Shown here piece after piece: positions 25,401 to 39,100 of a DNA stretch of 64,000 nucleotides; position 1 is the first letter of the stretch; each line of letters opens with the position of its first letter. Both the position numbers and the translations under genes were made by a program. Source of the stretch: Kudoa neothunni. Its lineage: Eukaryota > Animalia > Cnidaria. The stretch lies in the NCBI GenBank assembly GCA_964304625.1, contig OZ199840.1, forward strand, positions 6,699,252 through 6,763,251, in the 5' to 3' direction. The notes beneath the pieces were generated by a model, which worked only from the letters and a program-made list of their open reading frames with translations, was not told where the DNA came from and made no database searches.

Positions 25401-26763
25401 ATTCTGTAATGGACATCCCTTTACTCTATTCTTGCGAATGGTTCCCACCGAGTGAATGCTCCTTTTTTTTAATAAAATTTGAAGAGGAATGGATGTAAAC
25501 CAATTGTCGAAGTAGACAAAATAAATTTTGGACAAGGGTAAACTCTCGCACAACTTTCTAACAAAGTCACCTGATACTATACCACAACTTTTAACTACCT
25601 CGGGTTTTTCCCCATCATACAGATAAAAATCAAGCACTAGCCCATTAACCCCACATCTCGCGAACATTTTGAATCCCCATTTCGTCAGTTTCTTTGGAGC
25701 ATATTGTTTCGCTTTACACCTACCTTTGAATGGAATAATTTTCTCGTCAATTGAGTTCTTTCGTCCGCATTCAACTTTCAAACAATTTGTTCTAATAGAA
25801 TCCAAAACCGCTCGAATCTTTGCAAATTTATCATATTCTGAAGAATTTGGATTAGTGATAATTTTTGAATTATCAGTGAAATGTAAATATTTTCGAAGTG
25901 GGTTCTCGACATAAACTCAGAAACAGGTGGGTAATTTAGAGTTTTAGACCAATAGCAACGATATCTCGGCATTTTGACAATCCCCATGATAATCAACATT
26001 CCTATATACTTTTTTATATCATCTTTACCAACTCGGAAACTAGAATTTTGCTGAACCGAATATAAAATTGTCTGTTCAATAATTAACAGAATCAGGTCTT
26101 CATTGAAAAAGAAGTTGAAATAATCTATCAGTAAAACGAGATCGGTAACTTCACTAAAAACAATATCTTCCGTGTCCGAATTATTTTAAGTTGCACTTAT
26201 ATTCCAATTAAAGGTTGGTACAACTTCCTCATCAGAACAGTCTGAACCTTGATTATTTTCGGTGTACGTTTCAAGCATCCTTCCTTCGAGATTTTGTGTT
26301 CCAAAATCTTCAACATATTCTTCTAGATCAAAGATATCCACATCAGGAAATACCACAATTTCAGTTGTCGTGTTTCTCTCTTTTGAACATCTAAAAACCA
26401 AATCGTGATCCATGTGTTGATTAGTCATTATATTTTGATAGGTTGTCATGTGTCTAATGAAACGTAGCGCATTGAATCACGTTTTAACGTTTCGTAATTC
26501 AAATTTTTTTCGACGAGAAAAAACTGACTGCATGCGCATAAATTTAAATTTCTTGTACTCCCTGTTTATTTTATGTAAGGATTTCTATTTAACTTACTAT
26601 AAATGCTAGGTCTCTTAGTTTACTTAATTGGCTATCACAAAAAACAAACATTTAACTTTTAAAAAGTGTAATAATTCAGTAAATCATCTCAATAAATTTA
26701 ACGTGCATATTTATGGGACGTTTAACTTTTTGGGTACTAGGGTGGACATTTGGCATGAGAGAG
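22461..26763 (-). mobile_element. piggyBac (PGBD-type) element with a nested pogo
   Basis: Ends are TTGA|CCCTTTCGTACC and GGCATGAGAGAG|TTAA. ORF 25071..25805 has SIDEKIIPFKGR, KWGFK, YFDNWFTS, GTIRKNR and YNQNMGRVD. The C-terminal Cys-rich domain RCRTCQRKTQFQCTKC lies at ~22750-22805, beyond the pogo insertion. Confidence 0.88.
22967..24954 (-). mobile_element. pogo/Tigger-like element nested in the piggyBac
   Basis: TIRs CA(A/G)(T/C)GACTTATGGGTCGT(G/A)CGTAAT with TA TSDs on both sides. ORFs carry FNTDETGLYY, FLDNCPSH and FQPLDQGII. Confidence 0.92.
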
Positions 26764-27744
26764 TTAAAGTTTGTTTATCGGATTAAATGTGTTCAACTCT
26801 AGGATTAGCACTTGCTTATTTCATGGTTATGGTCGGTTGAAATGAACTATCTCCCTTATATGCTCCTTCATATGTTCATTAACTGCTTCTATCTATCTAT
26901 CTTTATGTATAAGATAGGCGTTTCTATTTTGGTGTCTGTTTAAACACATTCCTTATTTGTGGAGTTTTAACGTATATGACTTGATAAGTAATTTTATAAG
27001 TTCTATTAATGGTTTTCAATGTGATAAAAAATTTATGTATGTTTCATAAATAACGAATTCGCGGAGAATGTTAAAGCTACATTGATTGAAGGGTTATAAT
27101 GGAAATACTGCGTTCATAGGTTTCATTAAATCGTTCGCTAAGCTTTTCTTTACGTGATTTAATTCAATGCGGATGGTTGTACTTTTATTTCGCCAAATTA
27201 TTTAAATTGTTTACGTTGAAATCGACGCGATTTGTGGCTGTTTATGATAAGAGCGCATGTATGTTTATGCCGAGCTAAACGATGCTAATTTTAGCAATAT
27301 CGATTAATGTTCATAAGTTTTCTTCTATCTCTTTTAATTTTTCTATTTTTTTATCTCTTAAAAAGTTAGTGGTGCAAACAGTTACCGAGCCGGATCAGAA
27401 TTCGACTTTTAAAAATCCTCCAGGCCAAAAAATAACGTTTTAGATAACATTTTAACGGGATTTAAATAATTAGGAATGAAAAAAATACAACGCTAACCTT
27501 AACTTGTTTAGCGTTGGGGCCGAGTCACGGAATTTTTAAATGGACGCAGGGATTGATACTTTCCTTCACAGAAATTATCATAATTTAAATTGCAAAATCC
27601 AAATCGTTATAGTAAGTTGCTTAAAAATTTTTAGTTACTTTGTTTGTATGGGTTAATTCGAGATTTCAATATATTTTTTGAATGCTATTAAAAAATACCT
27701 CTAGGCGAAATCTTCCCCAAGCAACGCTGGACAGTTCGCGCTAG
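26764..27744 (+). mobile_element. Non-autonomous Helitron-like element (3' part; 5' part at ~22359-22460)
   Basis: Long similarity to the RC of 40474-41450. The 3' end has the imperfect hairpin CCCAAGCAACGCTGGAC followed by CTAG|T (27741-27744). Confidence 0.7.
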
Positions 27745-28006
27745 TTATATTTAAGAAGAAACAGAAAAAACCTAATATCAATAAATTAAGAAATGATAAT
27801 ACAAACAAATGAACCTCATTTCGTTTAAATCTCATCATCGTTATTTGCTGCATCCGTGGTTTTAAGAAAAGAAGTAAAGCAAATAGAAATCGACGTCTAC
27901 GTCTACGTGCGGCATTACAACGGAATACAACTATACAGTCAACGCATAAGGGGATATAGAATCCGAAATTGAATTTTTACATGAATTCTTTTATAGTCCC
28001 GTTCAG

Positions 28007-28445
28007 TTTTTTTTGTTTACGTGGTAGAACCCCTGGCGCAACTCATTAGGTTGTGGAATTCTGGTTGGCCATACCTCCTCCATTAACGCTTTAGACACCG
28101 CTGGACGTAACATGAAACCCCGCCCCTTATCTTTATGTGGTAGTGTGGGACTTTAACACACTAAACATCCTCGTCTCAGGGCAACCACCACCCCAAACCC
28201 TATCCCTTTAAGGACGTTGACTCTATGGGGACTGCAAATTGCTTGCCTTTCGATGGGTTCCGGTGGTTCAAACTCCTATTCACGCTCACCCCACTTCACA
28301 GCGAACGTACACTTTAACCACAACTCCCAAATATGGGATAGAGACCCACCGACACAAAAGCAGTAGTCTGGCCACCGGCGGACTCGAACCTGGGTTACAT
28401 GCGTTAAAGGGCTGTGATGCCATACCGCATTGCTCTTGATTGCGC
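28007..28445 (-). mobile_element. tRNA-derived SINE, copy 2
   Basis: The body is clearly homologous to 7400-7780, with B box GGTTCGAGTCC and an oligo-A tail. The region between the A and B boxes differs from copy 1. No TSD seen. Confidence 0.8.
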
Positions 28446-28779
28446 GTCTATGGTTGGTGGATTACAACCCTTATAATCCACATGTTACAGTTAAAAAAAT
28501 TTGTTTTTATTAATATACTTTTGAATATAAATGCAAACATAGTGATAAACAAGAGGGACTAAATTACAAGAGCCCACATTAAAAAATTGCTTTGTTCACA
28601 TGTGTTATGGCGGCTCGAAGGCACTTCACGTGCCGTGGTCACCTCGAAACCAATTCCCATTTTAGTGCCCACGACCCGTCACCTACTGTATAAGGCTTTT
28701 TCTGATAGCCCCCCCATGATTCTTCCCAAATTGCAGTTTAGCCTAATTTTTGTGTTAAGCATAAACTAATTTCGGTCGA

Positions 28780-29113
28780 GAAAATTGTCACAATCGATGG
28801 ATGGAGTGCCTCCAATAATATTAGTCATTTGGAAATGACTCATCATGTTATAATACATGGAGAAAATTTTGTTGACCCCATAGATACCCAGGTTCATACT
28901 CAAAATGTTGAAAATCTGTGGCTCTGTTTGAAGAGAATTCTATGAGCAAAAGGAACCAATAGATATCCACATGATTGGGAATATATTGTGGAAATTTTAT
29001 TTCGAAGGCAAAAAACTCAGTTGTTTGAGGCCATTCTAGAAGAAATAAAATTACCAAGTTAGGTAAATTATTATTCTCGTTAGTCTATGTTTATTTGACG
29101 CGCACTTACTACC
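28780..29113 (+). pseudogene. Merlin/ISXO2 transposase C-terminal relic
   Basis: DGWSA...HHVIIHGENFVDPIDTQVHTQNVENLWLCLKR, with a candidate right end ...GCGCACTTACTACC. Confidence 0.7.
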
Positions 29114-29377
29114 ACTATTCTATATTTTTACCGAGGTTTAATCATAATAATTGTATCGTTATCATGGACAAGTTGGCCAAAAATATCGTCTTAAGCATAT
29201 CTTTTCTAAAATATGCGTATTAAAAGAACCTCCTCATTTTATCTCAAAAAATTTCTGTTACAAAAATTAAATTTAAAAAAATATCAGTCGTATCTTCCTA
29301 AAAAATAGGCTCAAATAGAAACTCGTTTGGGTCCATTTTTAAATTCACATAACGCGCAAGCGTTCAACGTAAATACA

Positions 29378-29734
29378 ATGTCGAAACTCGTTAGGCCTGA
29401 TATAGTTAAGCAGGTATATATGAGAGGCCCCTATGAAGTGCGAACAGCAGTGCCTAAATCAAATATAGCTCCGAGAAGGGGAATGGATGAGGGTACTGTC
29501 AAGCTTAGGTTTGGGTTGTCAATGTATTCGCCTTTATAATTTTTTGTTAAGAAAATGGATATTCATCGGATTGGGCACAATAGGGTATGCTGCAGTGTTT
29601 TATAATACTGGTAAGTGGTTGTGAAGGTTGTATATATTTCATAATTTTTAGTTTATTGTACTGACAATATAAACCCTCAGTTCAAGTTAAAAGTGATCGA
29701 TTCGATAATTGGGAAACGTCGATATTTGGAATAA
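29378..29734 (+). CDS. Small 3-exon gene encoding a 90-aa single-pass membrane protein, possibly a divergent cytochrome c oxidase subunit 6A
   Basis: Exons 29378-29508, 29552-29610 and 29652-29734 are joined by 43- and 41-nt GT-AG introns into an uninterrupted 273-nt ORF: MSKLVRPDIVKQVYMRGPYEVRTAVPKSNIAPRRGMDEGTVKLRKWIFIGLGTIGYAAVFYNTVYCTDNINPQFKLKVIDSIIGKRRYLE*. Confidence 0.75.
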
Positions 29735-29933
29735 TCAGTTTTATGTGTTTTAAATTGTTAATTTTGTATTCTATCGTTGTTTTATGTCTTGTCGAAAATC
29801 CTTTAAATGTGGCTGCATTTGTTCGCGCAAACGCCGAAATCGAGTTATTGTAATTTACGCAAGAAAATACTGATATGAGAAATGGGATGAGTTAGGATTG
29901 TTTTAATAACTGATTGAAATGAGTGAATTATTT

Positions 29934-29945
29934 CAAAATGGCGTC
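29934..29945 (+). promoter_or_regulatory. YY1-like motif in a GC-richer stretch upstream of the kinase gene
   Basis: CAAAATGGCGTC, ~250 bp before the TLK ATG, within a locally CpG-rich segment (29940-30070). Confidence 0.3.
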
Positions 29946-30191
29946 TATTTTGAGGTTAGGGCGAGTGACAGCGCTTCACGCACGAGTAACGCTCTGGGAA
30001 TTTCCTGCCTTGCATGCTCGCGCTCCCGTCACGAAGCTAACGGCGCATAAGTTGTCAGTCATTCGCTGTTGCCTAGGTCTGATTTTTATGTGCATTAAGC
30101 AGCTGAAGTTAATCATCTGATACTGTTAGTGTACATAAAATTTTTCACCACCTGTGCTGATATCGACATCGAATCTGCATATTCTTGTCGA

Positions 30192-33100
30192 ATGAGTGAC
30201 GAAAATTTTCAAGTAGGTGATAACAGTAAAAAAGAGCTTCTCGAAATGAGACTAGTCGGAAAAAGTACAAGCAATTCCAATCCAGCCAATAAAGTGGTTT
30301 TCAACACACTTAAGTGTGGGAAAATTTTAATGACTCGCATTATAGACCCCATATACCCTCGATGACTTTTATAACAAGAGCAATTCGGACGGTGCTGAAA
30401 AACAAGGCGGAATTGTAAAATTTTAGAGATTTTGCGTTATTAAAGGTAAACAACATCTAATCATATCCGAGACTAGATTTCTCAACAAACCACTCCCGTC
30501 AAAAATCCTAAGGGATCGCCATTCACGCCAAAATCAAAACCTCACAACTTACAACATGCTAGAAAGCGCCGAACTCCGGTGTCTTTTAATATAAGCTCGT
30601 ATCTCTCTCCAAGCACCACCAAATATGTACGAATAAGCGATTCCAATTCAAATGGTGAAAGTGAGTGACGAATCCATCAATTATCAGCATTTCAATTTCA
30701 TAAAAAATCCAATGTCTTTTATTTGTAGATATTGATAATAAAAAAAATGAACCGGATTCCAGTGAAAAATTCGACGCCGCTATTGAGAAAGCTGATAAAG
30801 AGAACAACAACAAATTGTCCAATGGTTCTAATCCGCCAACGCCGACCTCTTCATCTAATCAAAAATTGGATTATCTCTTCATGATTGATGACTACAAAAA
30901 AACCATTGCTTCATTGAGGGTAATTTTTTAATTTTTCTCTAATGAGTGAGACGAGTGGTTATGTATGTTAATCTTATGACCTTTGGATGTTGTATTATCA
31001 TTTGTAAATTTTGTGAGTTTGATGTAGGAGGAAAATGATAAACACAAAAATATAGCCGAAAAAATGAGAGATATTCTAATATCATTGTTTCATCAAAATG
31101 TTAGTTTTTAATAGCAATCCACGAATAATTGACTTGAGTGTCAAAATGATTAGGTGGTTGCAAACATAAAAAAGCGAAATAAACGAATCCAAAAAAATAA
31201 TATCAAATTGGGCCACATTACTACAGTGAGGAAAGGCATGCAATTTGTTGAACAGTGGGAGAAGGGAACCAAATTCTCAAAATATGGAAAGTATTTGTGT
31301 GTCGTTGGAATAACTTGTGTATTCTTGAATCACAGAGCATTAGAACAGAATCAAAAAGCCAGAGATGAGTTGGAAAAACGCAAGAAAAATCTCCAGCGTG
31401 CGATCAGGGCCTTTTACAACGCTGGATCTACGACTGAATCTTTGGGAGAGAAATCCAATTCCAAAACTTCCAAAGACTCCAATATCGATATCAATCTCAA
31501 GTTTTACTACTATTCCCAAAGTTGATCATTAATTGACCTATTTTAGCGAAATCGAACTTATTAAGTTACAGTTATTGTCACTGAAAAAAGAAGAAAACGA
31601 AATTAATAGCAAATTAGAAAACCTTAACAAAAGTCGCAACGTTCACGTTCGAGAGTTACGCAATATGTCGGTTGAAAATAACTCAAGGTATTACATCTCA
31701 CAGTCAAAATAATAATATAAACTCGCTACTTCATCCATAAATATATTTTTTCGGCTGCAGTAGAATTTTAATTAAACCTCTGGCAACATCATTCCATTAA
31801 AGAGTTGCATTTTTATGTTGACTTTAAAAACACAAGAAAATCTTGAATCTACATAGAGCTTATCTTAAGTCATTTAAATAATACAATCGGTCTAATTTAA
31901 TGAGAGTATAACCATATATTGATCATTGTATAATTCTTCTGAAACAGGGCTTCCCAACATTTTAATTAGACTCGTATTCCTTGTATATGTATATGAGGAG
32001 GTGAATTTTGTGTGTAATTTTCAACTTCGGAAGAATAACCATGAAATAGGTTAAACTTAAAAATAAAGAAAATATGATTTATTTTTACGGTTTTATAGTT
32101 TTAATTGGACCATTATCACATTATTTTTAAATGGTTTATGTGTACAATTAATTAAAGTTTTATTTTTGTTTAAATTATTGAGAAAAATTACATCATAAAA
32201 CTTTTGTTCTAAGATCCATCCATATTTAAACATATAATATTATTATGATTTTAAATTAAATGCAGTATTTCAAGATCTAAATGCAACTAGGTAAAACCAA
32301 AATGAAACGATCCTTGGCGCAGGAAAAATTCATCGAGTTTTGTCTCAAATTTTTTTTATTATATGTTATAATTAATGGTAAAATTAAAGATACAATCCTA
32401 AAAATGTGTAATTGAGATAAAAATAAAAAATATAGCAAAGAAGCTGATCCATTTGAGCTATAATTAGCACCTTATTTACTTAAAAAATATGTACTAAAAT
32501 TTCTCCAAAATAAACCATATTATATTCCAGTCGTTTATATAGATGAATGGGGGTTCCCCATTTTAACGCGAAAATCACTCGGTAAAATGATGAGATAAGA
32601 GAAAATTTCAAAATTTTAAGTGTTCAGTCTAGCTATATAACGTTAATTTCAGCCATAGACTAAGAAATCTTCTGGATTTTTAATGTGGATCTGTAAACCA
32701 AAATATATTTCATGTTTTTGTCAGTAAATTGTTCAATAATCTGGATAATGGAGAAATCGAAAGAGCTATCTTTACTATAGACAATGTTAGATTCCATTAA
32801 ACATATTTTATTATGGAACTAATTCAGACGAGAATTCATAAGCTTCTATTTTTGCCACCATATTTGCTATTTCTGAATCCCATCAAGAAGTTTTCTCATC
32901 AATTAAAAACGCTTTTAACGAATGTCTCCAAAAAAACTAAGAAGAACGACTAAACACTTTATTGAGAGCCCGTAGAACAATGTTTCCCAATCTTTTATGT
33001 ATCGCGCTCCACTTTTTCCAGAAAAAAAAGTTTCGTTCCCCATCTTTCTCAAAATTTTTTTGTGGTGTTAATTGTCACCTAAAAATTAGCGATATTGATT

Positions 33101-36100
33101 TCAAAATACGTCATACTGCCCAATTATATCATCATTGTACATGTCACACCAGTACTCAGGATTATCCGCGATTCATTAAACGTTCAAAAATTTCCATGCC
33201 CCAACAAAATTTTTTCACGCCCCACGTGGGAAACTCCGCCGTAGAGGTTACCTCGAAAAACTGTCTTATTTATTCGAACCCCGCGGAATCCTATTTTCCA
33301 TGGAGTTTTAACATTGAAGAAATTAATAATTAATTAAAATAATTCATTTCTAAGAAAGTTGCATTTTGATTTTACTCAGTTACATTTAGATTTTGAACCA
33401 CTATAAGAAGAAAAATCATTAAAAAATATTTTGATTAATCCATTCGACAGATAATTATCCATTTAAACAATAGGTGAAAAATGAGAAATATTACATCAAA
33501 GAAACATTTTTCTTCGTTAACTCCAGTGAAAAAGTTTCAGCTTAATTATGCAGATTTCCCATATCTTAGCCATAATGGATTCTCGTCCCTCTATTCAGCA
33601 AGCCCTGCTCTAATATGTCATGTGCGGTTATTACGTAATTTCCGCGTTAAACTCCAAAAATCTGAATTATGACACATGTGTAGTTTATTTTATAGTTTCT
33701 TATTTAATTTATTATTTTTATCACCTTTTTGCTCCTAGGGGTCAGAAATAATTTGACCATAGTTAAGATTATATGATGGGTTTAAATGTGTTCAGACTAT
33801 TAGATATTTAAAAAATATGATAATTAGTAATTATTTTCAGATCAAACAAAAACATTTAAGTTGCGCTTGATTAAATAATATTAAAGTTAATAAGAACTTA
33901 CTAATTAACCACATTAATGTCCAAAATTCTCATATTAGAATTCGAAAACCTTTTGAAATCTGCTCGCGTGCACATTAAATTAAGAATTGGTTCTGTAACG
34001 ACGAATGTTATATAAACACACCAAACAGATGTATAGCTTGTTTATAATAAGAATTAGATTAGGTTAAAAATTGGTCTATTTTTTTATTTTCTAAAAGTAT
34101 GCATTATTTGCTTTCAATTTCAATAAATCTGATAAAACATCGACTGATAACCACCGCGAATTATAATGGACTTAAATGGAGGATATAAATATATTTTTAG
34201 CTATTTTTTTAATTAAATGCGATAATAGCTTCGTCAATAAATTTTTAATAGATTACTAATCTTCATTGAATAATTACTTCTAGTTTAGCATTTTACTGTC
34301 GTTGGAGAAGAGTTTTTATTGCTACAAGATTTATTGTTTAATATTTTTGATGAGATGTTTTTTATGAAAAATATCACGTTTTTTCATGCCAACTCCAATA
34401 ATATATCATATTAAATTATTCAATTTATTTTGTAATAGGTTCTATGGAGGTCAACTTCTGAAAGATGAATCTTATATGTTGATGCAAGCTATTGGAAAAG
34501 GAGGATTTAGCGAGGTTTTTAAGGTAAGTTTTCTAACGATTATATATTTTATGTGCCTCCTTTTATAATTTTCTTTTAAAGGCATTCGACACAATAAATA
34601 TGGGCGAAGTTGCCTGCAAAATCCACCAAGTTTGTTCCGAGTGGCGAGAAGATATTAAAAATAATTATGTAAAGTAATCTGACTTGCTTATTTTACCAAA
34701 ATAATTATTAAATGGCTTGAAAAGCACAGTGCGCTTTGTTGTTTTTTTAATTTAGTAGAGTAATCTATAGACAACCGAGTTTATTTTTGATTTTTCTTTA
34801 CATCAGTTTTCAACCGTAGAAGAATCATTTGTTCAATTTATACAGTATTTTTACTGTTAAAATTTTTTACATTCTTTCATGTTTTTGAAAAGAAATGCTA
34901 AAACGGTAGTGTTATTTTTATAAAGAAGTAATGCACCAAACCAATGATCGTTTCACAGTACTGTAAACTGAACTAAGCTTTCAATATTTTAATAAAAATT
35001 GTTAGTTACAAATTTTTTTAATAATTTAAACAAAATTGATCTCAGTATTTTAGTTATACATGTGATAATTTATTATACAGTACAACAGGGCTCGTACGTA
35101 ATCGCTGCTTTTTTTACACAAAACTAAACCTGAATTTTCTAATTCTCACCTATAATAAAGAGAATATTCTTAACTATAATGTAAATAAAAATAAAAAAAA
35201 TATTGATCGCCGTAAAAAAATAAATCAAAAACGTGGCTCGTACGTAATACATTGATTCTTATATGGAAATTGTACCTGAAAGTACACTTTACATGTTTCA
35301 TGCGTAATCGCGAAAATAATAAAATCTAACTAAGCAAGAAATTACAAAAGCATTTCTGAGAAATATAAATTAATTCAATATTATGATTCAATACACGATT
35401 TAAGAAATTATAAAAATGACTATGGATATGTATGATCTGAAAAGAATATCAACATTGAATTGGATTCTAATAAGAGATGTAATTTTAAAATCAGGAGGTT
35501 TAGGACTTTTGAACAATTCTCGAAAACTTTAAATAAAGCCTCAATCGTGATATTGATAGCTAAGTTTATAAATGGATATTTTAAACAAGAGTGAATGATG
35601 GTATTATTAACACTGATAATATCATTACAATAGCGAGAAGATTCGCTCCAAAGGAAAGCAACAATATTAGCGATCATTTTAACTGTGGAAAGTTTAAAGC
35701 AGTGGTTCCCTACAGGGGATGCGAACTATGGTCTTGAGGAATGCAAGGTTTGATCACAATAATAAAGTAATTTTTAAGAAATTTTGAGTCAGCTACACTG
35801 CATCGTATGTATATAAAAGGGGTGCAGATATCGGTTTGTCATCAACTGGGGGTGCGAGTCCAAGTTTAATTGAAAAGCGCTAGTTTAAAGGACTTAAGGA
35901 CCAGGTTAAATTAAAATATGTTACGTTTCATGTTGAGGCTAGAAGCGTTCCTGCAGAAACAATCCCAACATGGAATGAGAAACTTCATAATGCTCTTGAA
36001 AAGTGGTCGTCTGATAATGTTTTAAACATATGTTTAAAAAAATAATTAAGTATGTATCAAATAATTAAACTGATGAAGATTAACCGGAAATTGTGAATCC

Positions 36101-39100
36101 AAACATTTCATTTAATCAAGCTCTCGATTATTAAGGTCTAAGTTATTTAAGAAAATAAATTCGATCCAAGTTAAAGACATTTTTGTTGTCGGAAAGAAGG
36201 TTCACAGTATTATAAACGATTCAATAACGAAAACAAAAATTTAATTTTTTTACAGTATTTATAAATTGGACAACATGTATTGGTAGTGAGATACTTAGAG
36301 TCGAAAAAATGAGAAGCGATATAAATACTTTTTTATTGTATAAGAATAGCTGTTGTCATTTATTTGTATTTTTCGCAATTTTATAATTACTCCTTCGTTC
36401 ATTTCATAATTTCTTTAGAAATTGTTTAGCTCACGAAAGAATATCGATTCGCTCAATTTCTTTCCCCTGAAGATTATTCACTCAATATAAAAATAGACGC
36501 AATAATGTAAAAATTTATTCCATTTCAATAAGTATGCACAAAGTAATGATTAACGTATAATGAAAATTTCCGAAAAACACCAATGCTCGTGCGCATACAG
36601 GGCTTGTGCTTGATGCAGCGATTCTACGTAATGAGACCCCATTCCTCAACTAATCACGTATGAGTCCTGTTGGACTGTATCTTTTTGGAATGAAACTGAG
36701 TTTAAATTATTTTATTTACTCTCACGCGACTAGCCGAGGTTATTTGTTCCCCTTTTTAATTTTTTAGTCGTACTCTTTAAGTTGAGATATTTATTTTAAA
36801 AAACTCTTTAAATCTTAGCTAAACTGAATTAGTTTATATTTTTTAACAACTATTGATAAATGCCTGCCTGATGCGAGATAAGAGGTACAATGGTCTTGAT
36901 ATAGGGCGCATTTGGAAATATTACTTAAATCTTGGTTTAAAGGCGTGAATATTGAAAATAAAAAAACTAAAGAAAATTTTGAAGCCGTTTGAATTGTCCA
37001 TAAGAGTTGCTATATAATTTTATGGATGAAAAAATTGGTTAATTAAACTACGATAGTCAATAAATTCCACGTAGTTTTAAGGTAAACTAGGTATTAACAA
37101 TTATTATTTTAAGCTATGTTAGTATCTTATTTAATCACCTTCAGTGTTGACAGATAAAAACATTAATTGGAACGCCGTTGATATGGTCGTTTAATATTTT
37201 CTTGTTTTTACGAACATAATCCACCTATAATCAGGAACAATAGAAAACTTAAGTATCCATAGATTTCTATAGTAACAACCATTGTCATGACTTTATTTTG
37301 CTCTGTCACACTTACATCGTAAAATTTGGATAAGATAGTTACTAGATGATAACATTAATATTAATTTTGGTTAAAATATTAAACATTTATTGTTGGATAA
37401 TCTTACGAATTTTTTGGTTATTCATTGACTGGATAAAAGTTTCAAGTTGTTGTCATAGTTATATTTAAATCCTTCTTTGTAAAAACAGGTTTATATGGCA
37501 ATATCATAAAAAGTTGAGTTAAAATTGCTACGGTGTTTGGCATTGGTATGTATAAATTCTCGTTCAGCTCCTTTTTAGCATCATACTTCATTTTTACAGA
37601 CCCGATTTCATTATCATTGCCATTCCCAATATCATCAATAGTTTAAACACTTTTTCTTGAGGGATAACGGTCCCATCAATAGGAAAGTCACACCTTGTTT
37701 CTTGAATGTCGTTTAGCAACCGAAATATCGATATTTATAATTTTTATCCATCTGTTGACAAATAAGTTGATTTAGATCTTGTTGCGCAACAAATTTATTT
37801 ATTTATTTATTTAGGTGACATTTTTAAATACATTTCGGTGAAATAATAGATCCTCGTTTTATAAATTAGCCAAATATAGTTACAATCAGTATCGAATGAT
37901 TAGTGGATACATGGGAGGCAATGATACAATGGGTGACAGATGGTTCGTAATTTCTAAGGTTGCGAGCGCGATATAATGGGGGAATGCTATAAATCAATTA
38001 TAATGATAAATTATTTTGAAGGAAATTACTCAGTTGTAATATTTTAAAGTTTTCTGATAATTGTATCGTGTAATTCTAGTTCAATTTCCGTTTGACGTTA
38101 ATAACTATTTAAACTATGATATTTCAAGTAATGTCTTAAGTCAGACAAATGAGAGAGGCAATTCTGAATTGAATGATTTTTTGTTCTTTATCTCCAAAAT
38201 TATGATACCCTGCCATCTCCGTTACAGTTAGTATCACATAAAATCACTAATATTTGCGTTATTTTCAATATTGTTTCTGCCTCATTCCTTGGCTGGTTTT
38301 GGAAAAACATTATTATTTCGTATTTCTCTCTTAATGTCTTAACTCAATTTTTATTTGTCCCCCATTCGCAACCAATCGAAAACAAAAATCTCAACGCATC
38401 TGAAAAGTTACCAATCACATTCACTACAAAATAATCCATAAAAACATAATTAATTAATTTAAAAATATTTTATTTATATTCTTAGTGGTCAAATAAATGT
38501 TTTTAATTAGTTTGTGAAATAAATAACTTACTATAACCTTCTGTGTATGTTAATTTTTTAACATTTTCTCAAATTAAGAACTACACGTCACCCACTGTAT
38601 TGCTAAATCTCACAATGTTACATTGTTTTCTCACATTAAAATGAAATAAAATATAATCTAATTTTCATATTGTAAAATGAATCATAATGTCTTTAAATTT
38701 AAACAATTCAATATGCGTGTTATTGTTGAGTCATAATGAATTATTTTCTCTACAAATCAAATTTATTGTCCCAATTGCTTCATTTTTCAACTATTTTTAT
38801 CATTTTTAGGCATGCTATGAGAGAATTTCAAATCCACAAAACTCTTAGACATCCCGTACCTATCCTATGTTTATTACTACATTGATCAAATTTCAAATAT
38901 AGAATATTGCTCAACTGCTAGATGTGTTTGTTATTGATCAAAACACGTACATACTCTCAATTATATTACCTCGTTTAGTGAATTTATGTTAGATTTGCAT
39001 CTGTAATGGAATATTGTGAAACTGACCTTGATTTTATATTGAAACAATACAAATCTTTGCCGGAAAGAGAGGCAAAATTAATTATTATTCAAGTAGATAT

